Shown: positions 1 through 12,120 of the stretch, one piece after another
Layout of the letters: every line of letters begins with the position of its first letter
Position numbering within the stretch: position 1 is the first letter of the stretch
Source: Adineta vaga
Lineage: Eukaryota; Animalia; Rotifera
Length of the DNA stretch: 64,000 bases
Direction: 5' to 3'
Assembly: GCA_021613535.1 (NCBI GenBank)
Contig: CP075497.1
Location: 3,348,001-3,412,000, forward strand
The notes under the pieces: model-generated
Seen by the model: only the letters and a program-made list of their open reading frames with translations
What the model was told of the DNA's origin: nothing
The model's database searches: none
Translations under genes and position numbers: made by a program

Positions 1-1765
1 TAAATACTTGGACAAAGTGAATGAACTAAAAGTCTATGATTAACATTAAAACAAAGCAATTCATTTGAAATGACGAAACAATAATCTTCTTTACTTTAAA
101 ACATTCTTTTGTTGTTGAATCTGTTGAATACCATACAAATCAAATAAAGAAAAATCCATTGTATTCATTAAACTATTTCCACCCACAGAACCTTCAGATG
201 TATTTAATCGTTGATTAACAACTGAATTAACATCGATATATACTTGTAATAATGATTGATCAGATATTTTACGTATACCACCTGAAGAAAACTATTTTCA
301 ATTATGAATCATTAGTGTGTCTTACATACTATTTTCATCCACCATTAATTTAACAATACCAGAAACAACAACTACATCACCAGGAATAGCACTATTTACC
401 AGATCATTGGTTAATTCACATTCAATGGTTTGCGGAATTCGACCAGGTGCTTTTGATGCTTCGGAAGCAACTTCTTGTAATCTAAATAAGAATCGTTTCT
501 TGGGAATTTCATTTCGATCAAATAAGAAAAGTTCAACCGAATTGTTTGCCAATCGATAATAGTTGTTAATGGATGTGATCGTTGTTGAACAAATAATCGA
601 CTTGTACAACCCGGTGTCGGACAACGTTCTGGTTCTGTATGTTTTCCATTTTCACAAGTAACACCAAATGTATGTCGACATGTTGAACATTCATATGCAA
701 GTCGAATAACCAAACATTGAGAATTACTTACACGTACAACAACACCTCGAATAGAAACAAATTTACCTATAAATGTTTCATAGAAACGACTTTATTGAAA
801 AAAATTCAAACGAACCGTAAGCTTGAGCTTTGACATCTTTTAATCGAATGATTGGTGTAAAATTAATTAAACGAGCATGAATAACTGGAAGATCGATAAG
901 TGGTACTGTTGGATGATGACATTCACTAGCTGCTAATCGATCTTTTTCTTCTTGTTCTTCAATAATACACTACATAGAAACATTTTGATCGATTAAGCAA
1001 ACAAAAAAAACTTTAATACTTGATGCATAGCTAAACCAATAACTCGCATGGTTGTTTCATTTTGATCGGAAAAAAATAAAGTCCAAGTTTGTCTTTTATC
1101 TTTAAAAGCTAGCAATGAAATACAACAAATCGATATCATTGTTCCTAAATCCTTTTCCTTTTACCACTATCTTCAAGAATTTCATGATAATTAATTGTAA
1201 AGGATTGTTTTTGTTCAATAGCTGACTAGAAGAGAGGGAAGATTTTTCTTTCGAAATCAAAACAAAATGATCAGATTCAACTTTACATAATCATATAAAT
1301 CTTTTGTTCGTTTAAAATAACTTTCAAATAATTGACAAACGGATAAATAACTAAGATCAGATTCTTTATCTAAGAAAAATGAAGTCATTCATATTTGATC
1401 TAATTCAATGGATAATCAATACCTGTATCAGGAAAATAAAGAGACCAACCTCGATATCGTTCTGGTTCTTCAGTAATATTGATATAAGTTGCTAAATCAA
1501 TGGAAAAAAAAGAAATTCAGAGTTTAATTTTACTTGATGAAAGCATACTGATCGGTGTTTGAATCACTTTTATTGGACTCGATGGAACAGCAGCATGTGA
1601 ATGATTTCGATTGGAATTATCATTATCAGTTTTCGATGAATTATCATTATCAACTTTTTTCTTTTTCCAATGTCGATTTTTAAATTTATTATATGGATTA
1701 TATCCTTTCTTTTTCTGTCCATTTTGCTGTCCTTGTTGTGGCTTTTTTTGTCCCGGAGGAGCCAT
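1..1765 (-). CDS. MCM8: MCM8 helicase, 5' part (multi-exon; continues beyond the window start)
   Basis: Spliced exons give the N-terminal zinc finger (AYECSTCRHTF...PERCPTPGCTSR), then IDWQTIR|LQE and GRIPQTIECELTNDLVNSAIPGDVVVVSGIVK, which match the MCM8 OB-fold region. ATG at 1765. Introns about 55 nt, GT-AG (e.g. 482-538). Confidence 0.88.
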
Positions 1766-1981
1766 CACAAGTGTGGACAATAAAATTTTTGATCTAAAAA
1801 TAATTCAATCTCGATGATATATCACACGTATATATATAGAGAGAGAGAGAAAGAAAACAACTGATATGAAAATAGACTAGCATCGTCGAACACGTGACCA
1901 ACATATATCTAACGAACAAATTATTTCGAGGTTTTAGCGCTAATTATCTATTCATCATAATATAAAATTTTTCTTTTTCGA

Positions 1982-2835
1982 ATGAATTTCTTCCATGAGA
2001 ATATGAATACTGATCTTCAAATATGTACGCCTTGTTGTCGATTTGATGCGAAGAAGATTTCTCATCCGCAATTACAATCACTTTCTATGAATCAAACAAC
2101 TTCTAATTTAGATACATGTTGTCTAAGTAAACTTCAAGTTGATTGTCGAATTCAAAGTCGAAAAAAGAAAAACGGATCATTTCGAAGTATAAAACGAAGT
2201 GCATCCTCATTGAATCGATTAAGTCCATATGTAAAACGAAAAAAAATCGATTCAACGAACAATATAAACAGTCATTATATTCAAAATTCCGAATCCAATA
2301 CTCAAGTATCATCATCGTCTACTACGAATGAAAGTGATTCAACAGAACAATCATTTTCTTCACATAACTATTACAATAAGTCTTCAAGTAGAATCTTGAA
2401 ATAGTATATTTTATAAAAAAAAAGAAGACTCTATTTACTTTCACATCAGATGCTCAACAACCAGACTTGAAAACTAATCAATCACAGATATATTTTACTC
2501 AAAGTATTCAAGATTTAAAAACTTCTATCGATAATCTAACTCATCTTGTTGTTCAACAACAAAAATCCACTTCATTTTTGACGAAACTTTGGCGTTTCTT
2601 TCCTTTCTTTAAATCTTCATCGACATCATCCGATCTTTTAATCAATAGAGAATGCTCGAAAATTCTCGAACATCATCATTTAACTAAACAAAAACTTCTG
2701 AGTATTTATCATTTATTTGATAAAAATGAAATAGTATTTCTCAATTGGTTACAAACGATAGTACCTAATTATTTTCTTTCATTATTACTCAACTATGTCA
2801 AACATTTGGACTCGATATCCACTGATAACATATGA
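1982..2835 (+). CDS. Uncharacterised two-exon protein (~260 aa; basic/Ser-rich N-half, helical C-half)
   Basis: ORFs 1982-2404 and 2467-2835 join in frame through a phase-1 intron (TCA A|gtagaa...catcag|AT GCT CAA, ending 2449). Divergent from MCM8, about 215 bp apart. No family recognised. Confidence 0.6.
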
Positions 2836-3532
2836 TATATATACTATATTACACACGGCTTGTTTCGTGGACACAAATACATTAAAAAAAATTTCTATTT
2901 TTTTATGTCGATTCTTATCTTATAATAAATATTATTTGATATAGTTATTTTGTTTCTTCAAGGTTCGTTTTGATCACAAACGATATGTGTTGACTTTCTG
3001 GTTGTGTTCTAATCAATACTTAGAGATTGAGACAATCTGAACCTTTGTGTTTCGCGATCAAACTCCTCACTATGATTCATTAAATAAAAGTTCAATTATT
3101 AGCTTTGTTTATATCTGACGTCCGTTCGTTAGCCCGTCATCATTCTTTCTTTCTTTCAGCTTAGTTCAACAAAAGAACGCAAAGTGAGAGAGAAGAGAAA
3201 AAACGAGAAAACGAAAGAGAGAGAGAGAGAGAAAGAAAAGAAATCGTGCTGTTCTTCTCCTTCGGTTTGCTTACATGTTTTTCTTCTTTCTATTTCTTTC
3301 ATTCTGTTGTGTATGCGTGTGTGTATTCTATATCGCCGTCGTCGTCGTCGTCGTTCATACTCCACATTTACTCGAAGTATATTTGCCTCTCTACTGGTGC
3401 CGCCATTCGTTCCCCCCATCGTTGCATATTTCCCTCGCGCTGCTTCTGCATCACCGACGGAGCACGCCAGTGTCCACTGCTAGTTCTAATTTACTATTCG
3501 TTGTTGTATCGAAGTAGCAACAACGAGGTGGG

Positions 3533-6500
3533 ATGTAAGTCAAAAATGGTCGCCACCTTTAGTTACCATTCAATGAAATAAAACAAATATTCATACATTT
3601 TATCTTCTTTTCTTAGGGCACATTTTAATCATAATGATCCAATATGTATTGTACAAGGATGTCCAAATGGAATTCAAACAAATTCATCGATACAATATTT
3701 TTCTGTACCAGTACATGTGGGAAATATTTCAGCAGCTTGGTATAAAAATACGATGCGTACTGATTTACGTCCATCACATACACATCGTGTATGTGAACAA
3801 CATTTTGAAGAACCATGTTTTGATTATGTTGGAAATGGTACGAAAGTACTTAAACCAAAATCATTACCCACATTATTTGATTTGGAAGTTTTCTATAAAA
3901 TGATTGCATATCAAGATAAATTACAAGAATCAAATAAATCAATTAAAAAAACAAATATTACGTTTCATACAAGTAATCCTGATTTAGATGGACGAACATT
4001 AGAACCAATTTTAAAAATGAACCTTGAAAGTGGTCATGTAAAAACACGTTTAGCACCAACAGCGTCAAATAATAATGCTCAATTAGAACAAAGCGATAAT
4101 AAAAATCAAACATCATTCGTTGTGAATAAACCATCATTAAATCATGATAATGTAAGAAATGATTACATTTGAAAAGAATCATTTGATTTTCAAAATCAAT
4201 TTCTTCTAGTTTGAAAATAAAGCATCAAATCGTTGTCATGTAGAAGGCTGTGCTCACAATTATGTTGCTCGTCGTCATCGTGTGCAATTATATAAAATTC
4301 CACGCGATACAACTGTTGCACGTAAATGGCTTGATGCATGTGGTTTTGAAAATATTCAAGTATCACCATCAACTTCAACATTTAAAGTATGCCGTGAACA
4401 TTTTACACAAAATGATTTTGAAGGACCTACTACCCTACGTCCCGATGCTGTACCATCACTCTTTACAACATATTCTCGATCGTTAATGGATAAACAAAAT
4501 TTAAATGATACACATTCTTCAACGTCATCGACTCCGACATCATCCGTGAAACGATTTCGATCTGATATGGCCAGTATTCGTGCTAAACAAACGCCAACAG
4601 TAACAAACAATAATAATAATAATATAATGAACAATAATAATAATACTAATAAACGAACATCAATTCCTTATCGAAATAATAATCAGTACCAAAGACAATA
4701 TTATCAGAATCATGAACAGCAACAGCAGCAACAACAACATCAACAACAGCAAATTCTTTCAACATCACCGTCACGTGATAATATCGAGGAAAATCTTCGA
4801 CAAATGAATAGTGATTCAAAACCAAATACAGACATTGATTTAGGTCTTAATTGTACAGATGAACAATTATCTGAAGCTCAATTAGCACATTGTCCTGTTA
4901 AAGTATATGATTCTATTGCTAAAATGATTATTCAATCATAATTCTATTTTTTAGGCTCTCGATCGAACAGAAACAACAAATGGTATAACAGCAAAACCTC
5001 GTAATCCAGTTGGTCGTCCTCGTTTGCATCCTCGTTATCCACCGACGACACCTTCAACTACAAATTCTACGACACGCCGTTCCAGTTATCGTGCGAATTA
5101 TGCTGAAGATGATGCCGATGAATTAGAGGATTTAGAAGAATGGAATGCCGATGAACTCGATCAAGATGATACAGTTCGTGATCGTGATTGGATTAATCGT
5201 CAACAAGATGATCGTTTACCATGGTCAAAACGAACGAATTCCACTCTGAATAATTATTCAGCATCGTATCAACGTGGTGGAGCGCATACTAATTCTTATC
5301 GAAATATTCGACAACCGGTACCTTTAAATCAGCAACAACAACAACAACAACAGCGTAATTCAATGAACAATCAACAACGAGCAACTCGTGGACAGTTCTA
5401 TCAAACACAATTTGTTAAACCAGAACCAACACGTAAAGCAACAATACCATTTCTTCAACCAGCTTTTGCTCCAAATGCTTCAACACAATATCCTCGTGAT
5501 CAACCATTGCCTCGTCTTAAACCAGGCACAGTTAGAACACGAGGTAAATTACTTTTATTTTTAACATTTCATGAAAATCTCATTGAATTTTTTTATAATC
5601 TTTTTAGAAGAAGGATTGGAAGTTGAGCTTGGTAACTAATCCACTTGTTCTCTTCACAAATCAAGATCTTTTCCCTTCTCTTTCTCATCTATAGAACATA
5701 CGTATAAACGAGCTTTATCGAAATATTATGGTCAAAAACCCGGTCGCAATTTACCACTATCCGATTATGGTGATTTTCGTAGTCAGGTAAATATCCCATA
5801 ATTAAAGAAAAGATGGTCTATTTTTTTCTATCATTCTAGTGTCCAATGTGTGACAGTCTTCTTTTTGATAATAATATACAATTGATTACTCATCTTTGTC
5901 AACATCTTGATCAACAACAAAATGATGAAAATAATCGTGATGAACAATTTCAACCACATACAAATTCTCCTTTTGAACAAATTAATACGAAATGTCAACA
6001 TTGTCAATCCGAATTTTCTAATCCATATTTTCTCGCTATGCATATCGATGATAAACATATGTTAGAAATTAATGAATATCGTTGTCGAATATGTGAACAG
6101 CGACATACATCATTATTAGAATTAGTTGCACATTTAAATCTTTGTCATTGTGGTTTAGAAATGCCATATTCATGTAAAGTATGTTCATTTCGAACATCGA
6201 TGCATGCTGATATGATCTATCATATTGATGAAGTTCACAAAGGTACAAGATATTTCTTTTGTCCATATTGTTTTATTGCAATTGAATTACCATTCATGAC
6301 GAATTCCTCGACAATATTAAATGGAACGTTAGCTTATAAACATTTATTACTTCATTTTAATAAAGTTGATCAAGGACGAACAACACAATCAAAATTTAAA
6401 CATTGTAGAAAATGTGTTTTACATGTTGCATCAATGAAAGATCATTTACAACGTGATCATTTAAATATTGTTGATGGTATTAAAGCAACATATTATGATG

Positions 6501-6683
6501 AAGATGAAAATCGTAAATAATTTCAATGAAAATTTTTGCTTATAATGTTTCTTTCTTTTTCTTTTAGCAGAAAAACTTAGTGATGAAGGTGAACAATATG
6601 ATGATTCCATTATGGATACTTCTTCATTACCGACTGATAAATCATCTAGCACAAGATATGTGACACCGGCAAAAAGTGGTTAA
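3533..6683 (+). CDS. THAP-THAP, AT-hook, POGZ/ZNF280-type C2H2 zinc-finger protein
   Basis: THAP1: CIVQGC...F.VP...W...RVCEQHF...LKPKSLPTLF. THAP2: CHVEGC...KIP...W...VCREHF...LRPDAVPSLF. AT-hook PVGRPR. Then KYYG followed by CPMC..NNI...H and the EMPYSCKVCSFRTS...H...FCPYC finger cluster typical of POGZ/ZNF280/Row. Introns include 3535-3616, 4152-4209 and 4903-4954. Stop 6681-6683. Confidence 0.85.
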
Positions 6684-7195
6684 TATTTTTGTTTTGTTTT
6701 ATGTACATTATTATTTCTTCTGTCTCTGTCTCTGTCTCTCTTTCTTTCTTTATTCTTCTTCGTTCGATCTGCTCAATCGAACACTGTTTGTGTGTTTACG
6801 TATGCGTATGGGTGTTACGACATTTATCGTTTCGTTTTCTTTTTTGTCTTTGCAGAATATAACTTTGCGCCTCTTCCTTTTTTTTTGTTTTTTCTTTTGA
6901 TTATCACATAGAACATTATTTGCACGGCAAATAATTTTGCTTGACAGTACAAAAAGAAAGAAATGATAACGTACAAAAAAAAACAAACAAACAAGTCATC
7001 AATGTACAATAACACGTTTTGAATGTGATAAAACGAAGAAAAAACATGGCTTTCTAGAATAGAATAAGAATCAACATGTAGAGTTGATTATTATTAGAAA
7101 TACAAAGCAAAAGTAACATACTTGATATGAAGAGAGAAAATCATCCGGTTACTTTAACTGAGATATGAAAGATCAACTTAGAATTGTTTACGAAA

Positions 7196-9101
7196 TCATC
7201 GACGATTATACCATCTATTATGGATATGAAGCTAAAAGAATTGTAAGTAGAGATTTTATAAATAAGATTGTATGCTCTTATTCAGTATTACCTGTTCATA
7301 ATCATTGGATGTTGTAGGACGACGTCGAATAGTTGCCATAGGTAATTGTTTGTTTCGATCAAATTTCGACGGATATGATCGATGATTGAATCCTAAAATT
7401 CATTAAAAGAATTTCATTGTCTCTTCGTTATCTTTTCTTCTTCTTACCATTGGTTTGATGAGAATGATTTCGTTTTAAATCTCCTAGATTATTTTCATTA
7501 TCACTACTGGTTGAATGCATAGGATAATGATGACTATAGTGTTCTTTAATGGATTTGACATGTAATACACATCGATTACAAAATTTAAATAATGATTCTA
7601 TTCGACGTTGCGGCTGCTGCTGTTGTTGTTGTTTATTGCTATTTTCAATTCGATCAAAATGAAGTATAACGTGACGAAAAGCAGGTGTTGAATTTAACAA
7701 ATTTGTATCAGACATTGGTGGTAGTAACACGGATTGAAAACAATATGGACAGAAAAAATAGGGTGTACCTTTATGAACCTAAACAAGAAATGTTTTGTAT
7801 ATTCATATAACAGATATACTATTTCATGTTTGACATACTTGTCGAATATGATAAGCCATATCTTCGTACATTGATGTACGATAATGACATCGATCACAGA
7901 AATAAGGCATATCAAGACCAATATGTATGGAATTTAAATGAGCAAATAGATCAATTAAACTATGATGATTTTGTTGACAAATTCGACAACGATATTCATT
8001 GGTTTCATTAAGATGTTCTTGATCTTTATGTAATAATGTTTGAAATGGTGTTGAAAATTCTTCATGACATACTGAACAACGACGATAGAGTTTATCAAAT
8101 GGACTTATATAGTTAAGATCATCTTCAAAATGCGAACATAAGTGTGCGATGAAAGACATATTATTTGATGATTGTTCACCACATATCGAACATTCTACAA
8201 TACAAGAAGATCAGATGCGTTAAATTTAAGTTAATAAAAAGAACACACTAATACGAAAATCTTCATAATCAGTTGAATTCATTAATTGACCATTACGTGT
8301 ACCATAAAATCGTGTTAAAGCTGAAGCATAAGTACGATTAAGTGAATCTGTTTGATGATGATGATGATTATTATTATTATTTGTAACAGATGATGATGGA
8401 GATTGTGGAATAGGTGATGGTTGTGGTCTAACAAAATGCGTTGATGGCGGTAATCGACTTGTCGTGGAAGTTAAATGATGACGCCCACCACGACCACGAC
8501 CTAGAAGAAAGGGGAAAGTTTAAATATCGAAAGATTGTTGGTTGCATAAAAGTCATACCTCGACCGACATTTCCATTGACATGGTTCGAACGATTGTATG
8601 GTCGTCGATCATGTTCAGGTAGATAATTTTCATCATCGTCGTCATCATCATCAGATTCACTTGGAATAAAATCTTCGTCATGATCTCGAAGAATATCTAT
8701 ATCTTGTGCAGGTAATTTTTTTAATACGGATATACTTTTACGAACAGTTGGTAATGGTAAAGGAGCTGTTGGATCATACGCCTAAACATGTCGAAATATG
8801 TATTATGACAAACAAATAACGAAATCTTTACTTGTGTTGGATAATTTTGTAATTGAGTTTCACTGAGCATTTCTTCTTGACATGTTAAATCTAACTCTGG
8901 TGTTTCATCGAAGATTTTTGTCGAAGATTTTAACCAATTATTTGTTTCATTGATTAATTGATGATTATGATATGGATGAGTTCGATGACTAGAAGTATCA
9001 TTATGCCATGAATGAATTTTTGGTCGATCAACAGTTTGTTTTACTGCTGTTTGCTGTTTCCGAACAGTTGATGAACCATTAGTGATACGATTTTGTAACA
9101 T
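7196..9101 (-). CDS. POGZ/ZNF280-type C2H2 zinc-finger protein without THAP domains; inverted paralogue of the 3533-6683 gene
   Basis: LDLTCQEEMLSETQLQNYPTQ| aligns with LGLNCTDEQLSEAQLAHCPVK| at the same intron position. Also RFYG, CSIC..NNMSF..H, NEYRCRICQQNHHSL..L.AHLN..H.GLDMPY.C..C.YRTSM, FCPYC and CNRCVLHV. Stop TGA at 7196-7198. The 5' end is uncertain. Confidence 0.8.
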
Positions 9102-9581
9102 TGAACTAAGAAATATTTACTTTCAAGCTATGGTTATTATCCAGAACTAAAACGAATTTCGTATTATCAAATGTTTTTCTTTAAGTTCTTATTGTTTATG
9201 TCGAAAATCTCAATCGATCAATTGATCGATTTGATATTAAATTGAGATGTAAGAAAAAGAAAATCGATAATAAATGATAAATCTTTTGAATAGAGGTCTC
9301 GTTCCAGTTGTGATCCATTTCGAATTCGAATAGCAAATGGTCGAGAGATAGTGGCTACGATTGGTTAAAAACATATGACACGTAGAGGACGCACGTTACT
9401 TATTATTTAATAGACATATGTTTCAGAATTTCAATTCAAACAATGAATTCTCAATAACTTTTGTTTGCTAACAAGAATATTCATTATCAAATAACTGTAC
9501 AGAAATGCATCATGATTACTTTTTCTTTTTATTTCCGAAGAAACGCGCGTACTATTCTCTCCCATGTACGATTTCAAGAAA

Positions 9582-10251
9582 CAGATATAGCAGCATTTTT
9601 TCTTGAGGGTGTGGGTGTGGGTGTGATATTTCCCTCCATCCACACTCACACCTATATCCTCATTTTTCACATCAAATAATGGAAAACAAAACGAGATTAA
9701 ATAAAACAATAATTTCGTTCTGAATCATACTTTTTCAAAGTATATGAAGGCCCAGAACACTGGCATAGTTCTTTCAAAAAAGGATCAGTGAGTCCAAAGG
9801 ATGCGAACGTTTCAGTTTTGTTTTTTAATAATCATAGTTTAATTGAACATTGTTAAGAAACCTCATTTGCTTTGTTTCATCTTAGTTTGAATGAAAGAAA
9901 TTGTTAAATAAAATCAAGATTTTATTGTGTAAAATTTATTGATGGTTGAGATATTGTTTATTTTATTTGTTAAAGAAAAAGATAGAATCTTTCTTTCAAA
10001 TACGAGTAAAAGTATGAGAACTTTTTTTTCAAAATTATAGAAAAATTGAGAATTTTTCTTCAAAATTTGTAACTTTTATTGAAAATTAAAGAAAATTTTT
10101 CGAAATCGGAGAAAGTCTTAGAGGAATTTCTCTCAAAAATGGAGAAAACTTAAAAGAACTGCTCTTAGACTGAGAGAAAATCGTACTTAAATTTCTCAAA
10201 AGCAGGGAGACTTCCCCTCAACCCCCCTCCCCCACGATCGCGCCGCCACTG
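9582..10251. mobile_element. Probable degenerate non-autonomous DNA-transposon relic
   Basis: GC-rich right end (CCCCCCTCCCCCACGATCGCGCCGCCACTG, 3' end 10251) in an AT-rich background. Reverse complement CAGTGGCGGC resembles common DNA-transposon termini. G-rich left block, degenerate internal subrepeats at 10010-10200. No clean left TIR or TSD. Confidence 0.35.
9604..9626 (+). repeat. Short G-rich hexamer array TGAGGG-TGTGGG-TGTGGG-TGTGA (telomere-like)
   Basis: Directly visible. The units match telomeric hexamers described for bdelloid rotifers. Confidence 0.5.
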
Positions 10252-10382
10252 AATATGATTCGCGTTGCTATGAAAAATGGCAAATTATCGTCTAAATAAT
10301 TTTGAGTCAACTATCTAAGTTGATTTAAATGATAATTCACCAATCAAATTCTTTTGTTTACGATAAAACAGCTCATCATTTT

Positions 10383-10401
10383 CAGTGTGAACGGGGCCTA
10401 A
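10383..10401. mobile_element. Solo PIF/Harbinger-like terminal inverted repeat with TAA target triplet
   Basis: CAGTGTGAACGGGGCC followed by TAA; reverse complement GGCCCCGTTCACACTG is a Harbinger-style terminus. Only a weak partner (GGCCCAGAACACTG, about 9749-9762). Confidence 0.3.
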
Positions 10402-10584
10402 ATTGAGAAATAAATCGTCGAGAATAGACAATCTAAATCAAACTAGACCAATTACATTGCATAATTCAACTTTCAGTTAATTCATTTTCTGTCTATTTGT
10501 TGTCCAAAAGGTCATTCGGTCATCATTGATTTATGTATATATTTGTCATTTATTGTTTTTCTTGAACGATTGAATTATTCTTCA

Positions 10585-11235
10585 ATGGTGATAGTTGACA
10601 GCATGGAACATTATGATTATTTCTGCTTTGCTGATATGTCAGTTTGGTTGGACATACATTACTCTATTCTATTCACAATATTGATACTAATTTCAAACAC
10701 AATTCTTGTTTTATATACGCATATGTGGAACATGACTTGGTATTGGCAACCTTATTTTATTGACCGTAGACAAATTGATGAAGATGAGAGTGTGACTACA
10801 GAAAAACAAAACGCTTGTACTTTTGTTCGAAATTTAATTAGAATTATAATGACTGAAGTTAAATTAACGTTTATTTATATAATTGCTGCTCTCATTTCGA
10901 CATGCTTGTTAAATATTGGTTCAATGACACAAATGAGACTAAATCGTTGGTTAATTGAAGGATTTTATGCGCCAATGTCTATTTTTATCTTGTGGTATTT
11001 ATATTTTGTATACTATCTTGGTGAACATCTATATATTTATAATTCTACGTGTTATACTCATTTTACAAGCCTAATGAAATTGATTGTGTTTGTGCTTGTA
11101 TGTTATATGGAGTTCTATACATCTGTTGGATTAAATAACAGATCAATCAAATTATTCTATCGTTTTTGCAATAAATCTAATCCATATTATTTAGATCAAC
11201 TCTCCTTGAATGAAAATAAAACTTCAATACTATGA
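10585..11235 (+). CDS. Intronless multipass membrane protein of unknown family (~216 aa)
   Basis: Uninterrupted ORF with about 4 hydrophobic segments. First ATG at 10585. Confidence 0.6.
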   Translation: MVIVDSMEHYDYFCFADMSVWLDIHYSILFTILILISNTILVLYTHMWNMTWYWQPYFIDRRQIDEDESVTTEKQNACTFVRNLIRIIMTEVKLTFIYIIAALISTCLLNIGSMTQMRLNRWLIEGFYAPMSIFILWYLYFVYYLGEHLYIYNSTCYTHFTSLMKLIVFVLVCYMEFYTSVGLNNRSIKLFYRFCNKSNPYYLDQLSLNENKTSIL

Positions 11236-11699
11236 TTCATTTTTTTTTAAATTTATCATTGACACTGATTTGAATGTCGATTCTAACAAGTCTTATATGA
11301 GATTGAAAAAAATATTAAATAGGAAACAATTATCAATACTTTTCAGTGCTGAATCCAAGGAATTTTTTTCATTTTTCAAATTTTCAAAAACAGTGTTAAA
11401 TAGGCAAAGACTTCAAATAGACTAAATAATATCAGACAGAAAGCCGGAACAAGAGGAAGTAAATAAAAAAAGAAACTTGACTTTCCATATTATTATATTC
11501 TATCTGGTAAAAATTTTAAGTATTTTAAAATTAGATCAATTTTTTTATCCAATTTAGTTTGTTTCAAATCGAAGAAATATTTTAGTTTTTAAATAGAAAA
11601 ACAAATGTGTTTATTTTTCGTAAAGTTATTATCAAAATGGAATAGTTCATCACAATGATAAAATAAGAGACGGATGAAAAATAAATAAATAAATTTCTG

Positions 11700-12120
11700 T
11701 GATTGTTTTTATCCCAATGAATTAATGTTTTATTCTGCTTAATATTATGATTGCAGTAATATTTGTGAATGTTTTCTGTTCTTGATTTTGAAATATATGA
11801 AAGTGATATGGTTTATATTTATGTTATACTCAAAATCTTTCGATAGATTAGTTGAATTTAATTTTTCTTATGGAAATAGAATTTATACTTAAATATTTTT
11901 TCTTTATTATAATCTTTAATAAATTTAAAGAAAAAGAAATAACATCAAATTCATCTAGAAATATATATACTGCATGATATATGTACTTTTTCGTAAATTT
12001 CGCTTACTTGATATTCTTTGTGCATTTTAAATGTTTATTCAATGAAAATTGAGTATTATTCATCTACATTAATAGTATTTGATTTCCTAACATATATGTT
12101 GGATCTTAATCTATGGAATA
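11700..12120 (+). pseudogene. Heavily degraded relic of the neighbouring membrane-protein family
   Basis: 11876-11896 encodes IEFILKY, identical to 14171-14191 in the downstream pseudogene but with synonymous codon differences. Surrounded by broken hydrophobic frames. Boundaries are approximate. Confidence 0.4.

Noticed and set aside
3156-3581. Overlapping ORFs with poly-Arg/Val/Ser runs
   Set aside because: They translate (GA)n and (CGT)n low-complexity promoter/5' UTR sequence of the THAP gene.
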